NCBI RefSeq assembly: GCF_000007145.1
Contig: NC_003902.1
Coordinates: 2,396,497-2,428,496 of the forward strand
From: Xanthomonas campestris pv. campestris str. ATCC 33913
GTDB lineage: Bacteria; Pseudomonadota; Gammaproteobacteria; Xanthomonadales; Xanthomonadaceae
DNA: 32,000 nt
Direction: 5' to 3'
A program made the translations under genes and the position numbers. The notes under the pieces were generated by a model, which did no database searches, was not told the origin of the DNA, and saw nothing but the letters and a program-made list of their open reading frames with translations. How positions within the stretch are numbered: the stretch's first letter is position 1; each line of letters begins with the position of its first letter. This document shows positions 26,190 through 32,000 of this stretch, piece after piece.

Positions 26190-26498
26190 TTATGTGTCGT
26201 GCCCGTTGTCACGCGTGGGTGGCGCCAATGGCGGCGCAGAAGGCATATCCGCCGGTGCACGTTCGCCCTTGGGCAGGTGGCCGAACATATGCGGCTTGAC
26301 CTGATGGCCGATCCACGAGGTCTCGCTGTGGCTGCGCGTCGTCAGCTGACGCACAAGTGGGGGCAACTGCTCGCCGACCAGGATGCCGAGCAACCCGATC
26401 AACGCAATGACCGGCGGCGCTGGCGAGCGCACGTTGAGCAGGCTATAGATCACACCGACCAGCAGGCCGGCGCCAAGTGAAAGCAGATAAGGCTTCAT
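26190..26498 (-). CDS. XapX-domain (DUF1427) small membrane protein with extended polar tail
   Basis: Internal ATG at 26498 with GGGAG upstream. MKPYLLSLGAGLLVGVIYSLLNVRSPAPPVIALIGLLGILVGEQ is the XapX signature, followed by about 55 polar or Pro-rich residues. Confidence 0.7.
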   Translation of the reverse strand: MKPYLLSLGAGLLVGVIYSLLNVRSPAPPVIALIGLLGILVGEQLPPLVRQLTTRSHSETSWIGHQVKPHMFGHLPKGERAPADMPSAPPLAPPTRDNGHDT

Positions 26499-27163
26499 CA
26501 CGCATCTCCCTGCTTCAGCGCCCGCTGCACACTGGCCGTGACACCTGCAACAGCGCACAGTCGCTGGCGATCGCTACCGCGCCCGCACCCGCGCGCGACA
26601 CGCGCTACGTACCTCTGTGCTGCAGTGCTAGTACTAACGAAGAAAAACGCATCTGCCGTGCCGAAGGGCAGGGGCAGGGGCAGGGTGCGGCCAACGAGCG
26701 CGTGGCCCTGGCGCGAAAAATCGGACAACGTCATCGACGTGATCTCTCTGGATGGGGGACCACCAGGTCATGACATCTCACGACACCAGCGGTGTCGTCC
26801 ATGCTGGGCGCTGCGCGACGAATCCAGAACACCGCGTCGGGGCAGTGCCCAATGCCCCGATCGGGGGATGCGGCCATACGTTACGCAGCGCTTAGCCGGA
26901 GCGCCTTGGAACCAAGCAGGGCCCATACTTGTCAGACAAACGCATCGTGCAACGACCGCGCAATGTTTCGCTAAAGGTTTCGGATTCGGCGTCCACTCTT
27001 CATCGGTGACGTCGCTTTCGGTGCAGCTAAGCGTAGCGCTCGGTCAAGCACACGATCCACGCCAAGTGAGGAGCGCGGGTGGGAACACCAGTAACTCCAG
27101 GCAATGCATCGCTGCAGAGATTCATTGCACAGCATTTGCAAACAACGAAGCGCGCGCTCGCTA

Positions 27164-27532
27164 TCAGTGACTGACAAACGCCTCGATGTTCTGCACGAGA
27201 TTGCGGCAGGTGTAGGGTTTGCTCAGGAAGGCCGTGCGCGGCGGCAAACCCTTGGGTGAGGATCCCAGGCCCGAGGTCAATATAGCCGGCAGGTTATTGC
27301 CGTCGGCCCGTAGGTAGGCAATGAGCCCATACCCATCCAGGAGACCCGGCATCTGAAGGTCGGTGAACAGGAGCTCGATTGCGGGGTGCGCATCGATCAG
27401 CTCGAGTGCTTCTTGCGCATCAGCAGCGGCGACAACGCCGTAGCCCTTGTCTACCAACAGCAGCATGGCGATCTCGCGCAAGCCGGCATCATCGTCGACC
27501 ACAAGCATCAACCGTTCGATTGGAGCGGGCAT
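27164..27532 (-). CDS. Stand-alone response-regulator receiver (CheY-like) protein
   Basis: ATG at 27532. Canonical receiver residues are present: LMLVVDDD, phospho-acceptor LLFTDLQMPG, ILTSG, and LSKPY. No output domain. Confidence 0.85.
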   Translation of the reverse strand: MPAPIERLMLVVDDDAGLREIAMLLLVDKGYGVVAAADAQEALELIDAHPAIELLFTDLQMPGLLDGYGLIAYLRADGNNLPAILTSGLGSSPKGLPPRTAFLSKPYTCRNLVQNIEAFVSH

Positions 27533-27606
27533 GAGGCAGGACTTCTTCAGATCGACTCGTAACAATACGTCGCGCAAATGAAGGCTGCGTGATCTACTGG
27601 TAAGCT

Positions 27607-28932
27607 ATGAACGCAATGCAAGACTTTCCTGACCATCGTTATCGGCAAATGGTCGAGCTATCGCTGGATTCCATCAAGGAAATTTCGCTCGATGGCCGCG
27701 TGGTATTCGTCAACTCGCACGGCTTGGCCAGGGTCGCGGCGCGCAATGCGGACGCCGTCATCGGCAAACAGTGGGCATCGCTGTGGCCGGAAGAATTCAG
27801 GCCCAGGATCGAAGAGGCGCTCGCTGCGGCGGCGCGTGGCGAATCGCAGCGGTTTGAAGCCGAATGCACTACCGACGATGGCCACCGGCACTTCTGGCTG
27901 GTGTCGACAAACCCGCTGCGTGCTGCCGACGGCCATGTCGAGGCGGTGCTGGCGGTCAATCGCGATATCACCGAACGGCGCCAATCGCAGCAGGCGCTGC
28001 GCACGCTCAATGACAGCTTGCGCACCCAGCCCGAGCTGCTGGGCCCGCAAAGCGAGCTTGCAGACGCGATTGACCAGGAGCTGCAAAGCTATAGAAATGC
28101 CTCGGCGCCGGAGATCGAAGGCGAGCTCGATATCGCACGCGCTGCGCAGCGTCTGGCCGAAGCGGTCGCCGAGCGTGCGCAGGAAGGAGAGGCCGTCGGC
28201 CAGCTCCTGGCCGGCGTCGTGCACGACCTGAACAACGTGCTGCAAACGGCCGGCGCGGCCATCGAGATGGTGCAGACGCGCGCCTCGGTCATCGGCCAGG
28301 ACAAACAGCTTCTGGGGATGGCACAGAGCGCACTGCAGAAAGGCTCGATCATGGCGCAGCGCTTGTTGGGGTTTGCGCGCCACCATCCTTATGCCCCCGA
28401 GTGCATAGACCTGGGCGACCTGGCGGAGCGCCTGATGCCGCTACTGCAACAGGCGGCGGGAAGTACCGTTGCGGTCGAATTACATCAAGAAGCGTCACTG
28501 CGGTTCGTCCTGGCCGATGCGCACTCGTTGGAGCGCGCGCTCTTGAACCTGGTGATCAACGCACGCGATGCCTGCGCGGAAAGCGGCCACATTCGCATCA
28601 CCTTGGGCAACCAGACGACGAGCGATGCCACCGATGCCGACGATCGTGCGGCAGGTGAATACGTCACGCTTGCCGTGCAGGACAATGGCAAAGGCATTGC
28701 ACCTGACGTGCGTGACCGGCTGTTCGATGCGTACTTCACCACCAAGCCGGTAGGCAAGGGCACCGGCCTGGGGTTGGCCCAGGTTGACGGTGCGGTTCGG
28801 CAAGCCGGTGGATTCATCGATGTCGAATCCGAGCCGGGCCATGGCGCCTGTTTCATCCTGGGCTTTCCCGCGGCGGATACGCAGTGCCGCCCTGGCGATA
28901 CTGCCAGCGCGCCGGGCCAACAAACCGACTAG
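27607..28932 (+). CDS. Soluble PAS-domain sensor histidine kinase
   Basis: 441-aa ORF with no TM segment. PAS region (YRQMVELSLDSIKEISLDGRVVFVNSHGL...AVLAVNRDITERRQ). H-box LLAGVVHDLNNVLQT, N-box LLNLVINARDA, G1 VQDNGKGI, G2 GTGLGLAQV. Confidence 0.9.
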   Translation: MNAMQDFPDHRYRQMVELSLDSIKEISLDGRVVFVNSHGLARVAARNADAVIGKQWASLWPEEFRPRIEEALAAAARGESQRFEAECTTDDGHRHFWLVSTNPLRAADGHVEAVLAVNRDITERRQSQQALRTLNDSLRTQPELLGPQSELADAIDQELQSYRNASAPEIEGELDIARAAQRLAEAVAERAQEGEAVGQLLAGVVHDLNNVLQTAGAAIEMVQTRASVIGQDKQLLGMAQSALQKGSIMAQRLLGFARHHPYAPECIDLGDLAERLMPLLQQAAGSTVAVELHQEASLRFVLADAHSLERALLNLVINARDACAESGHIRITLGNQTTSDATDADDRAAGEYVTLAVQDNGKGIAPDVRDRLFDAYFTTKPVGKGTGLGLAQVDGAVRQAGGFIDVESEPGHGACFILGFPAADTQCRPGDTASAPGQQTD

Positions 28933-29262
28933 GTGTTTGATGCCAGGTTTTGATGGTGCAGTATTTTCCCTCGATGGAAGGAAGCACTACGGGCCAGGTT
29001 CTGCACGGGAGCGCCACCACCACAGAGTCGATCCGTTGAGCGATACAACGATGCACGAAGGTTCGAAAGGGGACATCGCTTACCAAGATCGCACAGCTCT
29101 CCCGCACTCCGGCTGATCTGCCCCGCGCAACGGCACTGCAAGCGAATGCCTCTGGCGCCTGACCCAATGTCAGCCACTGTCCTGAAGCCTTCACATGTCA
29201 CCTGGCGCTAGCGCGCATGATCCTGGCTCTAGCGGCGCTCACGCCGCACAGGTCCTGTCTCC

Positions 29263-32000
29263 ATGCTTCCACCACGGAAGGCTTCTGCGTTTTCTCTCTG
29301 GTGGCAGTCGATTATCCAACCAGCAGCACTACCAACACAGTCGGCGCGTAATGCTGGAATTCCCAGCGCAGCCCTGCTCGGCGATGAACAAATGGAGGGC
29401 CTGGCACGTGCGCTGGCAACCTCGCATGTGCTCTACACAGGGCCGGCACGGGAGTTGCTGCTATCGGGGCTCAGACGCAATCAACGGGCGCTTGGCAGTG
29501 CAGCAGCGCAGCTGAGCCAGATGGTTGCTGAGGGGGTGCGCATGCATCCTGCCGGGGAGTGGTTGCTGGACAACTATTATCTGGTTGAAGAGCACATGCG
29601 CCTGGCGCGACTGCATCTTCCGCCAGGCTACAGCCGACAACTGCCGCGTCTGCAGACGACAACCGCGACTGGCCTGCCGCGTGTCTACGAGCTGGGGCTG
29701 CAGGTTGTTGCGCATGGCGATGGCCGTGTGGACGCAATCACGCTGAGTCGCTTCATCGCCGCTTATCAACAGGTCGCGCCGCTCAAACTTGGCGAGCTAT
29801 GGGCGGTTCCAATCGTGCTCCGGCTGGCCTTGATCGACAACGTGCGCCGCATCGCCGACGACATCATGCACGATGGACGCGACACACATCTCGCCGCGCA
29901 GTGGGCGGCGTTGCTCAATGCCACCGCTGCAGCGCAGCCCAAGGATGTCGTGGCCGTCGTGGCCGACATTGCACGCTCGCAGCCGCCCGCCACCGGGGCA
30001 TTCGTGGCTGAGCTCACGCGCGGTATCCAAGGCCGTGGCCCCGTGTTGTCGATGGCCAGTGCATGGGTAGAGCAATGGTTGGCCAGCGAAGGCCACAGCG
30101 TGGAGGGCTTGGTGCATGCCGAGAGCCAGCGCCAAGCCGCCGAGCAGGTGTCGATCAGCAACAGCATCGGAAGCCTGCGTTTTCTGGATCAGATGGATTG
30201 GCGCGAATTCGTCGAGAGCATGAGTTTGGTCGAGCAGACCCTGCGCAAGGATCCCGCCGACGTCTATGCGCGCATGGATTTCCAGACCCGGGATGCCTAC
30301 CGCCACGTAGTGGAATCGCTGGCGCAGCACATCCGCGGCGACGAGACAGAAGTGGCACAGGTCGCGTTGCAGCTGGCGATGCGGGCCGACGACCGGAGCT
30401 CGGTCGCCGCACATGTGGGCTATTTCTTGGTGGATGCGGGGCTACCCACGCTGCGTGCAGCACTGCGCGCGCCACATACGCCTGCGCAAGCGTTGCCGAT
30501 CTCGCACCGGCCGCATGCACGCAGGGTGCCGCTGCCAATCTATCTGGTGCCGATTGCACTGATCTCGCTGCTATGGGCCGGCCTCCTGATGCGATGGCTG
30601 CCGGCCTTGCCGCCGGCTGTGTGGTGGTCTGTCGCTGGCCTTGCAATGCTGGCCGCCAGCGAGCTGGGGATCGCGTTGGTCAACTGGGTGGCAACGCTGT
30701 GGGTGCGTCCGCATCCATTGCCTCGCATGGAGTTGCGCCTGGGCATTCCGCCCGACTGCCGCACGCTGGTGGTGATGCCCAGCATGCTGGCAAACGCAGC
30801 GGCGATCGATGAGCTGGCTGCCGCGCTTGAGGTGCACGCGCTGGCCAATCGCGATGCACAGCTCTACTTCGCCCTGCTCACCGATTTCCTGGATGCGCCA
30901 GAGGCATCGCAGCCGGCCGACGCATCGTTGCTAGCGCGCGCAGCGCAGCACATCGAGCGGCTCAACGAACGCTATGCCGATGCGCACGGCGACCGATTCT
31001 TCCTCTTGCACCGGGCACGCCAGTGGAGCGCCGGCGAGCGCTGCTGGATGGGTGCAGAACGAAAGCGCGGCAAGCTGGAAGCCCTCAACCGGCTGCTATG
31101 TGCCGAGGACGTGGCTCTGCAAGCTGCGACCGAGTTCCTGCAGGTGCAGGGCGATGTCACCGCATTGGTGCATGTGCGCTATGTGATCACCCTGGACAGT
31201 GACACTCAGTTGCCCAGGGATGCTGCCCGTGCGCTGGTGGGTGCCATGTCGCATCCACTGAACGTGCCGCGCCTGGACGCGACCGGCCAACGCGTTGAAG
31301 CCGGCTACGGCATTTTGCAGCCTGGCCTTGGCACCGGTATGAGCGAAGGGGGCGAGTCGCGGTTTGCACGCATGTTCGGCATCGAACCAGGCATCGATCC
31401 CTACACACGTGTGGTGTCCGATGTGTATCAGGACCTGTTTGGCGAAGGCTCGTTCATCGGCAAGGGGATTTACGCGGTGGCGACCTTTGAACAGGTCTTG
31501 GCCGGTCGCTTCCCCGACAACTGCGTGCTGAGCCACGACCTGCTGGAAGGCTGTTACGTGCGTGCCGGGCTGCTCAGCGATGTGCGCCTGTACGAGCGCC
31601 ACCCACAGCGCTACGCCACGGATGCCAAGCGCCGTGCGCGCTGGGTGCGCGGCGACTGGCAATTACTGCCGTGGCTGCTGCCGTGGGTGCCTGACCGCGA
31701 CGGCCGATATGCGCCTAATCCGCTGTCGTGGCTATCGCGTGGCAAGTTGCTGGACAACCTGCGCCGCAGTCTGGTGGCACCGGCCGCCTTCGCCTTGTTG
31801 TTGACCGGTTGGTTGGCATCGCCGACACCCGTGCGCTGGACGCTCTGGTTGCTGCTGCTATGGCTCTTGCCAGGGCTGTGTTCGGCAGCGTATGCGCTGG
31901 CCCATCCTCCTGAGGGATTGGCATGGCACCATCATGCGCGCCAGGTGGCGGTGGGGCTGCGTCAATCGATGCTGCGCATTGGCGTGGTGCTTGCCTGCCT
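29263..32000 (+). CDS. ndvB: Cyclic beta-1,2-glucan synthase (NdvB/ChvB/Cgs type), N-terminal ~910 codons (continues beyond right edge)
   Basis: My own translation, same frame as the ATG at 29263 with an upstream stop at 29230: ...AALLGDEQMEGLARALATSH...MHPAGEWLLDNYYLVEEHMRLARLHLPPGYSRQLPRL...LGELWAVPIVLRLALIDNVRRIADD. Then TM segments and the glycosyltransferase core YVITLDSDTQLPRDAARALVGAMSHPLN...FGEGSFIGKGIY...LSHDLLEGCY. The start is uncertain: the first ~35 codons have weak codon bias, and 29392 is an alternative ATG. Confidence 0.85.
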   Translation, partial: MLPPRKASAFSLWWQSIIQPAALPTQSARNAGIPSAALLGDEQMEGLARALATSHVLYTGPARELLLSGLRRNQRALGSAAAQLSQMVAEGVRMHPAGEWLLDNYYLVEEHMRLARLHLPPGYSRQLPRLQTTTATGLPRVYELGLQVVAHGDGRVDAITLSRFIAAYQQVAPLKLGELWAVPIVLRLALIDNVRRIADDIMHDGRDTHLAAQWAALLNATAAAQPKDVVAVVADIARSQPPATGAFVAELTRGIQGRGPVLSMASAWVEQWLASEGHSVEGLVHAESQRQAAEQVSISNSIGSLRFLDQMDWREFVESMSLVEQTLRKDPADVYARMDFQTRDAYRHVVESLAQHIRGDETEVAQVALQLAMRADDRSSVAAHVGYFLVDAGLPTLRAALRAPHTPAQALPISHRPHARRVPLPIYLVPIALISLLWAGLLMRWLPALPPAVWWSVAGLAMLAASELGIALVNWVATLWVRPHPLPRMELRLGIPPDCRTLVVMPSMLANAAAIDELAAALEVHALANRDAQLYFALLTDFLDAPEASQPADASLLARAAQHIERLNERYADAHGDRFFLLHRARQWSAGERCWMGAERKRGKLEALNRLLCAEDVALQAATEFLQVQGDVTALVHVRYVITLDSDTQLPRDAARALVGAMSHPLNVPRLDATGQRVEAGYGILQPGLGTGMSEGGESRFARMFGIEPGIDPYTRVVSDVYQDLFGEGSFIGKGIYAVATFEQVLAGRFPDNCVLSHDLLEGCYVRAGLLSDVRLYERHPQRYATDAKRRARWVRGDWQLLPWLLPWVPDRDGRYAPNPLSWLSRGKLLDNLRRSLVAPAAFALLLTGWLASPTPVRWTLWLLLLWLLPGLCSAAYALAHPPEGLAWHHHARQVAVGLRQSMLRIGVVLAC

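Noticed and set aside
26538-27170. 210-aa plus-strand ORF and 68-aa minus-strand ORF in the low-GC region next to the receiver gene
   Set aside because: Compositionally implausible (Arg/Ser/Cys-rich), and they lack RBS or motifs. I treated the region as noncoding and reported it as a finding.
29797-30414. 205-aa minus-strand ORF and several plus-strand alternative-frame ORFs inside the glucan synthase gene
   Set aside because: These are shadow ORFs. The frame that the track omits (no stop in window) carries unmistakable NdvB/Cgs motifs.

Overview
This is a high-GC chromosomal window whose gene content looks like Xanthomonas or a close Xanthomonadaceae relative (inference, no database search run). 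I support about 27 protein-coding genes, one intact IS5-family insertion sequence, and two inverted copies of a 141-bp palindromic MITE/REP-like element. I found no rRNA, tRNA or CRISPR array.

Gene order, left to right:
- GAF sensor histidine kinase (partial, minus strand).
- A 660-bp divergent intergenic region with a G-rich GGGAATC-type repeat.
- DUF2231 membrane protein, 4-nt overlapped with a PQQ-dependent sugar/sorbosone dehydrogenase lipoprotein.
- Gfo/Idh/MocA oxidoreductase.
- Palindromic element, copy A.
- Secreted thermonuclease with a sunset domain; M13 metallopeptidase lipoprotein; NmrA-like protein.
- Copper-handling trio: DUF2946, SCO1/SenC, PCu(A)C.
- MFS transporter, divergent from an HxlR regulator.
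- Palindromic element, copy B.
- A three-gene minus-strand operon: SPFH-SHOCT protein, Pro-rich double zinc-ribbon membrane protein, and an 84-aa single-pass membrane protein.
- Small secreted two-Cys protein; YqaA-family membrane protein.
- TonB-dependent receptor with a Zur/Fur-like box over a TATAAT hexamer.
- Methyl-accepting chemotaxis protein; a weak hypothetical ORF.
- IS427/IS711-like IS with TA target duplication in a CTAG site.
- Alginate-export-family porin, tightly coupled to a secreted tandem VOC-like protein; XapX-domain protein.
- Stand-alone receiver protein, divergent from a soluble PAS histidine kinase.
- The 5' part of an NdvB-type cyclic beta-1,2-glucan synthase, running off the right edge.

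The best candidate for an undescribed system is the SPFH / zinc-ribbon / small-TM operon at 13364-16110. It resembles a PspA-less version of the Bacillus ydjGHI module. The second most notable structure is the pair of inverted palindromic elements bracketing an 8.5-kb block of eight genes. All functional calls come from reading the supplied translations and my own translations for recognisable motifs.
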